A stretch of DNA of 64,000 bases. It comes from an uncultured bacterium. GTDB lineage: Bacteria; Verrucomicrobiota; Verrucomicrobiia; Limisphaerales; UBA8199. A program made the translations under genes and the position numbers. The notes under the pieces were generated by a model. It was not told the DNA's origin and did no database searches. It saw only the letters and a list, made by a program, of their open reading frames with translations. Shown in pieces: positions 32,142 to 42,414 of the stretch. The stretch spans positions 544,001 to 608,000 of the forward strand of contig CAVVMW010000006.1 in NCBI GenBank assembly GCA_963749495.1. The letters are read 5' to 3'. The first letter of the stretch is position 1, and each line of letters starts with the position of its first letter.

Positions 32142-33602
32142 TCAGGCTCCCCCGCTCGGGGCGCCCCGCGGTTCCGCCGGCAGGCGCACGGTGAATTCCG
32201 AGCCTTCGTTGACCTTGCTGGACACGGAGACCTCTCCGCCGTGGGCCTGCACCACGGCCTTGACCAGGCTCAGGCCCAGGCCCAGGCCCCGTTGCGAGCG
32301 GCTCTTGTCGCCGCGGTAAAGCCGCAGCCAGATCTTGTCCTGCTCCGGAGCGGGGATGCCGATGCCGGTGTCGCGGAAGGCCGCCACGGCCGCGCCCGCC
32401 TGCTCGCGCACGGAGAGGGTCACCCGGCCCCCCTCGGGCGTGTACTTGATCGCGTTGTCGAGCAGGTTGGCAAAGACCTGGCGCACGCGGATGCGATCCA
32501 CCGAGGCGAGCACGGGCAGGGGTGTCGAGCCGTTGGACGGCAGGCCCTGGGGCAACTCGGCGCGCACGGCGACTTTCTTTTCCTCGGCCACGTATTGGTA
32601 GAGTTCGATGACCTCGCGCGCGACCTGGCAGAGGTCCACCGGTTCGCGGTGAAGTTTCATCATCCCCGCCTCGGCCTCGGTGATGTCCATGAGGGTGTTG
32701 AGCATGCTCAGGAGGCGGTCGGATTCCTCGACGCAGTCGGCCAGGGCCTCGCGCGCCGCGGCCGGTTCGGCGCCGGGGGCCAGGGCGACTTCGGCGGTGC
32801 CGCGCAGGCGGGCCAGCGGGGTGCGCAGGTCGTGCGCCACGTTGTCCAGCGCCTCGCGCATCGCCCGGATGAGGGCCTCGTTCTTGTCCAGCAACCCGTT
32901 GAAGAGCCGCACCAGCTCGTCCAGTTCATCCTCGCTGGCCTTGCGTACGGGCACCCGCGCGCTGAGCCGCCCGGTGCGGATGATCGAGCGGGCGGTGGCC
33001 ACGACCTGGCGGATCGGCTGCATCGCGCGGTGGGCGAAGAAGGCCCCCGCCAGGAAGCTCAACACCACGGTGACGGTGCCGACGACCAGGAAGCTGCGCC
33101 GGACCGGGTTGAGCAGGGCCTCGCGGCTGTTGGTGATCCGGCCGACCTGCAGGACGGAGCCGTCGCCCATTTGCCCGTAGGCGAGGGTGAAGTCGCGCTC
33201 CTCGTTCTGCGGGATGCGGATGACGCCCTGGCGCAGCAGCCCCGCCCAGCCCGGCACCTCTTTGAACGTCACCCAATCGGGGGGCGCGTTCAGGTAGGCG
33301 GTCATGCCGAAGGGGCTGATAAGCTGCACGAACAGGCTCTGGCGCGCCTCCGCCGGCTGGCGCTGCACCCACGTCCGCAGCGCCCCCAGCCCTCCGCCGT
33401 CATAGACCGTGGCGGCCTCTTTCCACCTGGCCTCGAGCAGCTCTTTGTCTTTGCTGCCCACCGCCGCCGCCAGCAGGTAATAGGCAAATGCGAACAGCGC
33501 CAGGCTGCTCAGCATGAAGAGAAACGCATACCACAGGCTCAGCCGCACCGCGATGGTCCGGCCCAAACCCATGAACCAAGCCCTAAGCCGGCCGAAGAAC
33601 AT
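32142..33602 (-). CDS. Membrane sensor histidine kinase
   Basis: 2 [36 protein letters not shown]. Confidence 0.95.
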   Translation of the reverse strand: MFFGRLRAWFMGLGRTIAVRLSLWYAFLFMLSSLALFAFAYYLLAAAVGSKDKELLEARWKEAATVYDGGGLGALRTWVQRQPAEARQSLFVQLISPFGMTAYLNAPPDWVTFKEVPGWAGLLRQGVIRIPQNEERDFTLAYGQMGDGSVLQVGRITNSREALLNPVRRSFLVVGTVTVVLSFLAGAFFAHRAMQPIRQVVATARSIIRTGRLSARVPVRKASEDELDELVRLFNGLLDKNEALIRAMREALDNVAHDLRTPLARLRGTAEVALAPGAEPAAAREALADCVEESDRLLSMLNTLMDITEAEAGMMKLHREPVDLCQVAREVIELYQYVAEEKKVAVRAELPQGLPSNGSTPLPVLASVDRIRVRQVFANLLDNAIKYTPEGGRVTLSVREQAGAAVAAFRDTGIGIPAPEQDKIWLRLYRGDKSRSQRGLGLGLSLVKAVVQAHGGEVSVSSKVNEGSEFTVRLPAEPRGAPSGGA

Positions 33603-34250
33603 AACCGACTCCTCGGATGGTGTGGATCATCGCCTTGTCCCGGTCCACCTTGCTGCGCAGCCGGTGTACCAGCACGTCCACGACGTTGGTTTGCGGGTCG
33701 AAACTGTAGTCGAAGATGTGCTCGAGGATCATCGTCTTGCTGACCGGCCGGTTGGCCTGGCGCATCAGGTACTCCAGCAGGGCGAACTCCCGCGGCTGCA
33801 GCTCGATGGCCTCGTTCCCGCGCCGGACCTCGCGGGTGATCAGGTCCAGCGTGAGGTCCCCCACCGCCAGCCGGGTCGGCTCGGGGGCCTGGGTGGCGCG
33901 GCGAATCAGCGCCTGGATGCGCGCCAGCAACTCCGAAAAGGCAAACGGCTTGGTCAGGTAATCGTCCCCCCCGGCCTGCAGGCCCCGCACCCGGTCGTCC
34001 ACCGACGCCCGGGCGCTCAGGATGAGCACCGGCGTGCGCCCCCCGCGGCCCGAAACTGCTGCACCAGACCCAACCCATCGAGCTTGGGCAGCATCACGTC
34101 CACTACTGCCGCGTCGTAGGCGATGGCCTGCGCCCGCGCCAGCCCCTCCTCGCCGTCCGCAGCCAGATCCACCGCATAGCCGCTCTGTTTCAGGCCGTTC
34201 AGAACAAACGAGCCGATCTTCTTGTCATCCTCGACCACCAGTATGCGCAT
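33583..34250 (-). CDS. OmpR/CusR-family response regulator; 1-nt frameshift in a homopolymer near 34045
   Basis: [46 protein letters not shown]. Confidence 0.93.
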
Positions 34251-34318
34251 CGCCGATCTCCAATTTGGCCGACCAGCCGGGAATTGGCAACGGAAGAATA
34301 CGGGGCGGGAACAGGCGG

Positions 34319-34475
34319 GGCGTGTCACAACACCGCGCCCGTAGCGCAGACTTCCAAGTCTGCTGTATCGCGGGTTTCCTAACCCGCAGGCGCCGCGATT
34401 TCTGGCGCCCTGCCGACTGGAAGTCGGCGATACAGCAGGTTTGGAAACCTGCGCTACAAACTACTGTGCCTCGCC
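34319..34475. repeat. REP-type palindrome (GTAGCGCAG..CTGCGCTAC) between short imperfect inverted ends
   Basis: Core 34341-34457; outer GGCGTGTCACA / GGCGAGGCACA. Confidence 0.7.
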
Positions 34476-34548
34476 AAATGGGGGCAGCGCCGGGATGCGC
34501 CCCGTGGAAACGCTCGCCATGGGGCTGGACCTCTGCTATAACTCCAGT

Positions 34549-35004
34549 GTGACGACGATCCGCAGGCCTAAGCACGCAACTCCGCAGCGCTCGGTGTCCA
34601 CGGAAGATCACCTGGAGCGGATTCAGGAGTTGATCGAGCAAAAGGGCTATGCGCGCGTGGTGGACCTCGCATCGGCGCTCCGGCTGAGCACCTCGGCGGT
34701 ATCGAACATGGTGCGCAAGCTGGCCCGGCGCGGCTTTGTCAATTATGAGCGCTACCGCGGGTTCACGCTCACGCCGCAAGGGCGCCGGGTGGCGCAGCAG
34801 GTCAAGGCCCGCGACAAAGTGCTCACGGAGTTCCTGGAACTGGCCGGCCTGGGCGCGGAGACGGTGAGCCGCGAGGTCGAGGACATCGAGCACCACCTGA
34901 GGCCGGAGACGCTGGCTGTCTTTTCGCAGTTGGTGAGCTTTTGGCGGGCGCACCCCGACCAGCTCGATGCGTTCAAGCACTTCGCCCGCAAGGCCCGATC
35001 CTGA
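34549..35004 (+). CDS. DtxR/MntR-family metal-dependent transcriptional regulator
   Basis: EDHLERI..KGYARVVDLA..SAVSNMV..YERYRGFTLT..EDIEHHL; TGCTATAAC just upstream of GTG. Confidence 0.9.
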   Translation: MTTIRRPKHATPQRSVSTEDHLERIQELIEQKGYARVVDLASALRLSTSAVSNMVRKLARRGFVNYERYRGFTLTPQGRRVAQQVKARDKVLTEFLELAGLGAETVSREVEDIEHHLRPETLAVFSQLVSFWRAHPDQLDAFKHFARKARS

Positions 35005-35061
35005 TTGGCACACTGCCCAGGCCGCGCTCCTATGGGTTTTCCCAATGTCGCGTGGGTGGGT

Positions 35062-37983
35062 TTAGTGAGCAATTCCGGGCCTGCTCTGGCGGCGCGGGCG
35101 GATGGGTTGGTAGTTTTCGTAACCTTTGCGCACGCCCTGAACGAGGTAGTCCAACCGCCCGCTCTTGCCCTGGGCCTCGCGCACCGTGAGTTGGCGGGGA
35201 TTGACCTGGGCCACATAGAGTTGGAGCCATTCCCCGCGAGGAGTCACTTGGACTGTCAGGCCATCCTCGGCGGTGACCATGGCGTAGGTCTGGGGCAGGC
35301 AAATGACGGCCTCGCCATTGACCAGGTTGGTCGAGCCGCGCGCGAAGGTAGCGGCCTCGGGACCTTCGATTGCGACGTAGCCGATCTCCTTGTCGGGGTC
35401 GGTCGGATGGGGAGCCACGAATAATTTGAGGCCGATAACTTCGAGTGCTCCGCTGATGTCCATGTTGCCTCCGATGTCCACGTCCCCATACACGTTCATG
35501 TTTTGGAGATAGCTCTTGCCGGAAACACCCAGATCCCCGCTCACGGAAAGCTTGTTTAGCGCCTGGACCACACTCGAGGTCCACTTCAGGGCCAGTTGAG
35601 GGCCATCGCCGCCCATGGTGCCGAGAGCCCCGCCTCCGTTGCCATAGAGCACCGGCCCGTCACCAGGCGCGTTAGTGCCGAAGGGCTTGGTGCTCCCGTA
35701 CCAACCGACGCCGTGGTTATGGTCGCCCGAGCCCCTGAAGTAAAGGTCCTGATCGCTGAGGCAGCCGCCTGCCTGAGGGCGCAACTGGCCATTGATAATC
35801 AGGTCCTGCCCAATGACCGCGCCGTTGGTGACGTAGAGTCCCTGCCCCACAGTGACCGCGCCACCAACGCTCAGCCCCTGCCAAAGTTGGGCCGGGCCAA
35901 GGACCCTGAGTTGTTGCGGGATCATAATCCCCGTCTGGTCCCAGTTCAGGGCGATTTGCGCAGGGGTGGCAATCCCCAATCCGCCCCCGTTCGCTCCATA
36001 GAGGACCGGACCATTGGGCCCAACATAGTCGCCAAACAACTTGCCCTGACCGTACCAGCCCAAACCGCAGGTGCGGTCATTGCCGCGCAGGAAAAGGTCA
36101 TACCCGTTTAAGAACGCGTTGGTGTCGATGACCAGGCCGCCTTGGGGGAGGTACGAGGTGTTGATGCCCACGCCGCCCGACGCATGGATGACGAACTGGT
36201 TGCTGCCCGTTGAATAAAACCGGGACTGATAGGGGCTTTGTCCATCACTCCACACGAAGCAGCCGTCGTTGGCGGCATTGGCGTTGATGCCCGCGGCGAA
36301 GCTATAGGCCCCTTGGGCGCTGTTCAGCGCACCGCCCGCCGCCGTCGCCGCGTAGCCGCTCGCAGCGTTATACTTGCCGCCAAGAACGGCCGAGACAGGA
36401 CCACTGGCTGAGTTGCCGCAGTTTTGGTTGCCGTCAAAGCCGCCGCCGCCGATGAACGCCCCCGGCCCGAGGGCCTGGTTGTAGCTCCCACCAGCGACAG
36501 CAGAATCGGCGCCGTAGGCCCAATTGGACTCGCCGCCGCCAACGGTGGCGCCACGATTGGTGGCGCTGTTTCCAAACCCCCCCGCAACCGTAGCGCCATC
36601 CCCCAACGCCAGATTGGGACTAATGCCCAATGCGCTGCCACCGCCGCCGACAACGGAGCCCGCGCCTGTGGCCTGGTTGGCGATGCCGCCGGCAACCGTT
36701 GCGTCCTTGCCGCCGGCCACGTTGTTGAGGCCGCCACCCACCGCCGCGCCATGGCTGGAGGCGACGTTCTGCAAGCCTCCGGCGACCACCGAGGCAACGT
36801 CGCTGGCAGTGTTGCCAGTGCCGCCACCCACGGTGGCGTAGAACGCGATGGCCATGTTGCCGAGGCCGCCGCCCACCGTGGCATAATAATCGGCTGTGTT
36901 GTTTGCCCCGCCGCCGATGGTGGCGTGATCGTTCGTGGCGCTATTGGAAGAGCCGCCTCCAATTGTGGCGTACGGCGAGGTGGCACTGTTCAACCCACCC
37001 CCGCCAATGAATGCCGAGCCGCCCCCGGCCACGTTGCCCTGCCCACCGCCGATAAACGCCAGGCCGGCGCTGATCACGTTGCTCTGTCCCCCGCCCACCG
37101 CCGCATAGGAACCCGCGGCAGAGTTCCCCTCGCCGCCACTCACAGTCGCCAGCATCGACAGGGCGCTGTTGTCCCGGCCCCCGGCCAGCGTCGTCCACGG
37201 GCCGCCCAGCACGTTGTTCGTCCCGACATTGAGCCTCTGGCCCTGGACATCCGCACCCGGGGACACCGCCAAGGCCACTCCAGAGGTGCTCGCAAACCCG
37301 GCGTTCAGGCCGCTGATGGCATAACCGACCGCCCCTATCCGCTGATCCGGAGCCATCTGTTGGAACGAGAAGTAATCGTCCGTGACGCAGAACCAGACCC
37401 GCAGCCGCACGTCGTTATTGGTGAATACCTCCGGCGGCAGCGGGGGCATGTTGGGGACATTCGTGTCGCCCAGCAACACGCAAAAGAGGCCGTTGTCCAG
37501 CGGCAGGGCGATCGAGGACGCGGGCATGCCGGAGTTGCGATCGTTGGACCAGAAGGTCTGGAAGACCATATTCGGGGGTGGCGCCGCCACGGTAATGGTC
37601 GGACGGGATGAATAATGGCTGCCGGGAGTATTGACTGTAATGCTCACCACTGCCCCGCCGGCAATCACGGCGGTGGCCACGGCGTTGGAACCAGACGGGT
37701 CCGCGATCGTGACGGCGGGCGGGCTGGAGTAACCGCCGCCCCCCGAGGTCACCGTGAAGCCGGTAATGAACCCGTTGTTCACGGCAGCCGTGGCCGTGGC
37801 CTGATTGGCCGTATTGGAGCCACCGTCCACCATGGCGAACTTGAAGTAGCCGGTGCCATCGACGTTCGTCCCGTTGGCGGTGACACGGCCCTGGTAGCTG
37901 AGGATGGACGGAAACTGAGCCGAAGCCAGGAGCACCGGGCCCAGGCCGAGAGACACAATGAGTGCGGTTGTGGACTGTTTCAT
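35062..37983 (-). CDS. Secreted fibre/adhesin-like protein with GG..N.A head repeats and a tail-fibre-like C-terminal domain
   Basis: Signal peptide, LSYQGRV, >15 (A/S)xVxGGxxNxA repeats, HPTDPDKEI.Y..IEGPE..TVQVTP..RKGYE. Confidence 0.75.
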   Translation of the reverse strand: MKQSTTALIVSLGLGPVLLASAQFPSILSYQGRVTANGTNVDGTGYFKFAMVDGGSNTANQATATAAVNNGFITGFTVTSGGGGYSSPPAVTIADPSGSNAVATAVIAGGAVVSITVNTPGSHYSSRPTITVAAPPPNMVFQTFWSNDRNSGMPASSIALPLDNGLFCVLLGDTNVPNMPPLPPEVFTNNDVRLRVWFCVTDDYFSFQQMAPDQRIGAVGYAISGLNAGFASTSGVALAVSPGADVQGQRLNVGTNNVLGGPWTTLAGGRDNSALSMLATVSGGEGNSAAGSYAAVGGGQSNVISAGLAFIGGGQGNVAGGGSAFIGGGGLNSATSPYATIGGGSSNSATNDHATIGGGANNTADYYATVGGGLGNMAIAFYATVGGGTGNTASDVASVVAGGLQNVASSHGAAVGGGLNNVAGGKDATVAGGIANQATGAGSVVGGGGSALGISPNLALGDGATVAGGFGNSATNRGATVGGGESNWAYGADSAVAGGSYNQALGPGAFIGGGGFDGNQNCGNSASGPVSAVLGGKYNAASGYAATAAGGALNSAQGAYSFAAGINANAANDGCFVWSDGQSPYQSRFYSTGSNQFVIHASGGVGINTSYLPQGGLVIDTNAFLNGYDLFLRGNDRTCGLGWYGQGKLFGDYVGPNGPVLYGANGGGLGIATPAQIALNWDQTGIMIPQQLRVLGPAQLWQGLSVGGAVTVGQGLYVTNGAVIGQDLIINGQLRPQAGGCLSDQDLYFRGSGDHNHGVGWYGSTKPFGTNAPGDGPVLYGNGGGALGTMGGDGPQLALKWTSSVVQALNKLSVSGDLGVSGKSYLQNMNVYGDVDIGGNMDISGALEVIGLKLFVAPHPTDPDKEIGYVAIEGPEAATFARGSTNLVNGEAVICLPQTYAMVTAEDGLTVQVTPRGEWLQLYVAQVNPRQLTVREAQGKSGRLDYLVQGVRKGYENYQPIRPRRQSRPGIAH

Positions 37984-38235
37984 GATGCGCGCGGGGTGAG
38001 TGATTGCGGTTTTCTTTGAAGGTTGAGGAGAGCAGCCAGAAAAGGCCGCGTGACCCAGGGGCAAGCTGCGGCCGTGTGGCGCCAACGGTTCACGTAAAGT
38101 ACCGTAATCGGGCGGCAAACGACGCGTCAAGCCAAATTATCCTGCTGATTTTGAGGTTTTGAGGTGGCATTGTCCGCGCTTTTGGGTTAAGCATAGAGCG
38201 AATGACGGGCGATCTTAGTCAGGTGACCTCCGCAA

Positions 38236-38784
38236 ATGCACCTCATCACGGCATTTCTTTTGGCAAGTTTGTTGGGCAGAAAAAGGCCAGGTAGTCCGCG
38301 CCGACTGCCCAGCTTTCCGGGCGTAATCGAAACGGCGCACCTGATGCCTGGGCGGGTCCGGTTTCGCGCGCCCCGCCTGGTCGGGAGGCAGCACGAGGGA
38401 GAGGAATTGAAGAGGCGGCTGGCACATCTCAACGGGGTCAAAGAGGTGGAGGTGAGCAGCATTTCCGGCAGCGTCTGCCTGAGATTTGCCGAGGATCGTC
38501 TCAAGCCGGAGCTGCTGCTGGCGGCCATTATCCGCCTGCTCGGGCTGGAGCGACAGCTCGAGCGCGCGCCCCGTTCGTGGGTCGCCCGCGAACTCCAGGA
38601 AACCGGGGATGCCTTGAACCGGGCCCTGTACGAACGGACTGGCGGCGTGATCGATTTCTATACCGCCATGCCACTGCTGCTGGCCGTCCTGGGCGTCCGC
38701 AATATCGTCGCCGGGAGGGTTTTCGGCTGGCCGCTCCTGTGGTGGGCCTATCGCGAGGTCTTCCCGCCCGTGTGGAAAGACTGA
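38236..38784 (+). CDS. HMA2-like domain membrane protein (FezC-like)
   Basis: HLMPGRVRF..GV..V..SISGSV; C-terminal hydrophobic segments, LLWWAY. Confidence 0.72.
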   Translation: MHLITAFLLASLLGRKRPGSPRRLPSFPGVIETAHLMPGRVRFRAPRLVGRQHEGEELKRRLAHLNGVKEVEVSSISGSVCLRFAEDRLKPELLLAAIIRLLGLERQLERAPRSWVARELQETGDALNRALYERTGGVIDFYTAMPLLLAVLGVRNIVAGRVFGWPLLWWAYREVFPPVWKD

Positions 38785-38825
38785 TGAAAGGGAAACCTTG
38801 GTTGGGCTGGCTGCTGCGTCGAAGC

Positions 38826-38894
38826 GTGAAGCGTGAAACGTGAAACGTGAATGTGAACCGTGAACCCTGAACCCTGAACCGTGAACCGTGAAAC
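38826..38894. repeat. Heptamer tandem repeat (GTGAAMC)n
   Basis: About 10 units of GTGAAGC/GTGAAAC/GTGAACC/CTGAACC. Confidence 0.85.
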
Positions 38895-38901
38895 CTCATT
38901 G

Positions 38902-39315
38902 ATGTGTTCGGTCGGTGCGTGGGTGCTGCGTCCTCGGGTGGTCCATCGGCTGCCCGGGCGCTTGAGGCTGCGCATCCCGGCGCTGAAACGATTGGCGCAG
39001 GGACCGCACCCGGCCGCCTTTTCCTGGCGCGATTTGCGGATTGGCCCAAACCGAATCCCGGAGATCGAGGTGGACCTTGCGACGGGGAGTGTGCTCATCC
39101 GGTATCCGGAAGACGAGTTGACCGAAGCCGAGTTGTTGGGCTTTTTGCAGGCAGTCAGCCGCCTGGTGCTCCGGCACTGGAATCAATTCAGGGCCCTGCC
39201 CACGGAGCATCGGGTGGAGGCGCTCAAGCGATTGGCGCAGGAGGTGGGCCTGGCGACGCGCTCGCGCCTGGCGCTGAACGAGGACATCGAGATTCCCGAT
39301 CATGTTTGGTCTTAA
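38902..39315 (+). CDS. Soluble HMA2-like domain protein (fez-cluster accessory)
   Basis: VVHRLPGRLRL..TGSVLIRY; ancestral start probably ATG 38784. Confidence 0.7.
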   Translation: MCSVGAWVLRPRVVHRLPGRLRLRIPALKRLAQGPHPAAFSWRDLRIGPNRIPEIEVDLATGSVLIRYPEDELTEAELLGFLQAVSRLVLRHWNQFRALPTEHRVEALKRLAQEVGLATRSRLALNEDIEIPDHVWS

Positions 39316-41500
39316 ACAGGACAAGCACCGGACCTGCCGAATCCTGCACGACTTGCCGGGGCGAGTGCGGATTCATTGTCCGGGCTTGCGGCATCTGGCG
39401 GACAAAGCGGAAGAAATCCGCTCGCAGTTGCGCGCCCTGCCTGTGGTCCGCTCGGTGAGCCTGAGCGCCGTTTCGGAAAACGTGCTGGTCCGGTACGACC
39501 CGGCGAGGACCTCCACTCGAATGGTGTTCGACGCCGTCCAGTCCCGCATGAGAGACCACGCGTTGACGGTGTTCAAAGTGGAGCGCGCGCAGGCCGCGCA
39601 GTCCACGGTGCAGGAACGCCGGCTGCAGCAGGAGTCCATCCCGGAAATCCTGGCCCGAGTTGTGGCCAGCGCCGCCACCTTGACGTTCAGCGCCTTCTCC
39701 GCACCGAAGCCGCCCGCAACATTTTTCAGCCGGTTCCTGACACTGCCCGCGCTGACGAGCATGTCCCTGGCCTGGCCCATCTTGAGCAGCGGCTGGCTTT
39801 CACTCGTCCGAAGCGGCCGGCCCAACGCCGATACGCTCAGTTCGACCGCGATCCTTTCCAGCCTGCTGACCGGCCGGGACCGGGCTGCCTTGACTATCAT
39901 AGGCCTCGCCGACCTGGCCGAGTTGCTCACCGCCTATACTATGGAGCGCACGCGCCGGGCGATTCGCAACATGCTCTCCACGGGCGAGGATTTAGTGTGG
40001 CGGTTGGAGGCGGATGGCCGCGAGACGCGCATTCCCATCGAGGAGGTGCGAGTCCGTGACTCTGTCGTGGTAAAAACCGGCGAGAAGATCAGCGTGGACG
40101 GCGTCGTGCAGGGAGGCGAGGCGGCCGTGGATCAAGCTTCCATCACGGGTGAGTTCATGCCGATGCGCAAACAACCGGGCGACCGCGTGTTTGCGGGAAC
40201 AGTCGTCAAGGCGGGGCGCCTGACGATCCGGGCTGAACAGGTCGGTGACCAGACGGCAGTGGCCCGCATCGTTCACCTGGTCGAGGAGGCAACCGGCCAC
40301 AAAGCCCACATTCAGGCCTTTGCCGATCGCTTTTCCGCGCGGTTCATCCCGGTCAACTTTGGCCTTTCCGGGCTGGTCTATGCCGTGACCCACAACGCGG
40401 AGCGCGCCCTGAACATGCTGATTATTGACTACTCGTGCGGGGTGCGGCTCTCGACGGCCACGGCGCTGTCCGCCGCCATCGCCACGGCCGCCCGCAATGG
40501 CGTGCTCATCAAAGGGAGCAATTACCTGGAGGCCTTGGCAGAGGCCGATACAATCGTCCTGGACAAAACGGGCACCGTCACCGAAGGCCGTCCGCAGGTG
40601 ACCTCGGTCTGCTCCCTTACGGCCGGGGTCGGCGAGCGCCAAATCCTGGAGCTGGCCGCCGCGGCGGAAGAAACCTCCACCCATCCCGTCGCCATCGCCT
40701 TTGTGGACAAGGCCCGCCGCAGCGGCTGGCCGATCCCGGCGCACGGGCCCACCCAGGTCTTTGTCGGGCGCGGCGTGCAAACGACCGTGTCGGGCAGCGC
40801 GGTCAGCGTCGGCAGCCTGCCTTTCATGCGAGAGCGCGGCATTGATCTGGCCCGCGCGCAGGAGGCCACTCAACGCCTGGTCCACCGCGGCGAGCAAATC
40901 GTCTATGTGGCGCGCGGCGGCCAACTGCTTGGCCTGGTGGGAATCCAGGATACCTTGCGGGAGGACATGAAGAAGTCACTCAATCGCCTGCGCGCCCTGG
41001 GCATGGACGATGTCATTCTGCTCACCGGTGACATCCGGCAACACGCGGAGTTGGTGGCGTCGCGCATGGCCATGGACCGGTATCATGCGGAGGTGCTGCC
41101 CGAGGAAAAGTCCGATGTGGTGCTTCGCCTGCAGCAGAAAGGCCCGCGCGTGGTGATGGTGGGCGACGGCATCAACGACGCTCCCGCCCTGGCCTGCGCG
41201 GACGTGGGCATCGCCATGGGGTCCAGCCGGACGGATATTGCCATGGAAGCCGCAGACATTACCATTGCCAGCGATGACCCGCTGATGATCCCGAGCGTCA
41301 TTCGCCTTTCGCAAAAGACGATGGGCATCGTGAAGCAGAATTTCGCGACAGCCATCGGCGTGAATACCACGGCGCTGGTGCTGGCCGCCCTGGGCAAGGT
41401 GCCGGTGGTTTGGGGCGCGGCCATCCACAACGCCACGACGGTCGCGGTCGTGTTGAATTCACTGCGGCTGCTGATGCACGACATGGAGCGAAGCCGATGA
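39302..41500 (+). CDS. fezB: P1B-6-type heavy-metal ATPase (FezB-like)
   Basis: LPGRVR N-terminus, ITGE, IIDYSCG, DKTGT, HP, GDGINDAP, AIHNATT. Confidence 0.82.
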   Translation: MFGLKQDKHRTCRILHDLPGRVRIHCPGLRHLADKAEEIRSQLRALPVVRSVSLSAVSENVLVRYDPARTSTRMVFDAVQSRMRDHALTVFKVERAQAAQSTVQERRLQQESIPEILARVVASAATLTFSAFSAPKPPATFFSRFLTLPALTSMSLAWPILSSGWLSLVRSGRPNADTLSSTAILSSLLTGRDRAALTIIGLADLAELLTAYTMERTRRAIRNMLSTGEDLVWRLEADGRETRIPIEEVRVRDSVVVKTGEKISVDGVVQGGEAAVDQASITGEFMPMRKQPGDRVFAGTVVKAGRLTIRAEQVGDQTAVARIVHLVEEATGHKAHIQAFADRFSARFIPVNFGLSGLVYAVTHNAERALNMLIIDYSCGVRLSTATALSAAIATAARNGVLIKGSNYLEALAEADTIVLDKTGTVTEGRPQVTSVCSLTAGVGERQILELAAAAEETSTHPVAIAFVDKARRSGWPIPAHGPTQVFVGRGVQTTVSGSAVSVGSLPFMRERGIDLARAQEATQRLVHRGEQIVYVARGGQLLGLVGIQDTLREDMKKSLNRLRALGMDDVILLTGDIRQHAELVASRMAMDRYHAEVLPEEKSDVVLRLQQKGPRVVMVGDGINDAPALACADVGIAMGSSRTDIAMEAADITIASDDPLMIPSVIRLSQKTMGIVKQNFATAIGVNTTALVLAALGKVPVVWGAAIHNATTVAVVLNSLRLLMHDMERSR

Positions 41501-42399
41501 ACACCCCAGGAACTCCAACCGTGGCGATTGAACACGAACTGCCCGGCCGCTTGCGGGTGAGGCTCTCCCACGCCCTCAAGGACCTGCCTCAATTGGACCG
41601 GATGCTCCAGGAACACCCAGGGGTGGGCCAAGTCCAATACACTCCCATGACCTCTTCCCTGCTGGTCCGCTACGATCCCCAGGAGGTCTCGGCGGAGGAG
41701 ATTGTGGTGCGCGCGGCGATCGCGCTCTCGTTGGAACAGAATGTGGCGGTCCGCGTCCTGTCCCGCCCCCGAGCGCGCGAGGTGACGGACACTGGGTTTT
41801 ACGCCGGGGTGAGTTTGCTCGCCGCGCTGGCGGCCCGCGTCCTCCGTCCGTATCGGGTCTTCGTCCCCGCCGTCAACTGGGTCGCCAGCCTGGCCACCGC
41901 GGGCGCGGTCCTGGAGCACGGCTGGCTGGAGTACCGCCGCAAGGGCAACTTCGATCCGGAGGTGCTGATGGTTACCTATCTGTTGACCGCGCTGCTGCGC
42001 GGCAATGCCCTGCCCGCCGCCCTGTTCACCTGGATTGCGACCTTTGGGCGGCACCTGGCGCGCTTGCCCGCTCCGGGCGTCGAGGTCCGTCCCAGTGAGA
42101 TTGGCCGCAAAGGCAGGCAGCGGCAGGTCGAGGTCGTCGTTGTTCCGGACCGCGCCCCGCAGGACAAGATGGCTTTTTTTGGCTTGATACCGTCGATGGT
42201 GATGAATGCGTTGACGGGGACCGGTCCCGGACCGCATGCCAGCCTCATCGATGACATCAAGCGAGTAGCGCAAGTACACAACCAGGTGCTGGAAGGGATT
42301 GGGGGCTTCGCCCAGGGCATCCCGTTGCGCATCCGTTACACCGAGACCGGCCGGCGTTCCCTCCCCAACGCCGAGCGGCTCACTGGAGGGGGAGGTTAG
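41497..42399 (+). CDS. HMA2-like domain membrane protein (fez-cluster accessory)
   Basis: HELPGRLRV..SLLVRYDP followed by several hydrophobic helices; ATGA overlap with the ATPase. Confidence 0.7.
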   Translation: MNTPGTPTVAIEHELPGRLRVRLSHALKDLPQLDRMLQEHPGVGQVQYTPMTSSLLVRYDPQEVSAEEIVVRAAIALSLEQNVAVRVLSRPRAREVTDTGFYAGVSLLAALAARVLRPYRVFVPAVNWVASLATAGAVLEHGWLEYRRKGNFDPEVLMVTYLLTALLRGNALPAALFTWIATFGRHLARLPAPGVEVRPSEIGRKGRQRQVEVVVVPDRAPQDKMAFFGLIPSMVMNALTGTGPGPHASLIDDIKRVAQVHNQVLEGIGGFAQGIPLRIRYTETGRRSLPNAERLTGGGG

Positions 42400-42414
42400 A
42401 GAGGACTGCAGATT

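Noticed and set aside
35062..37983. Prophage
   Set aside because: Single signal-peptide-bearing fibre gene with no structural, packaging or integrase genes
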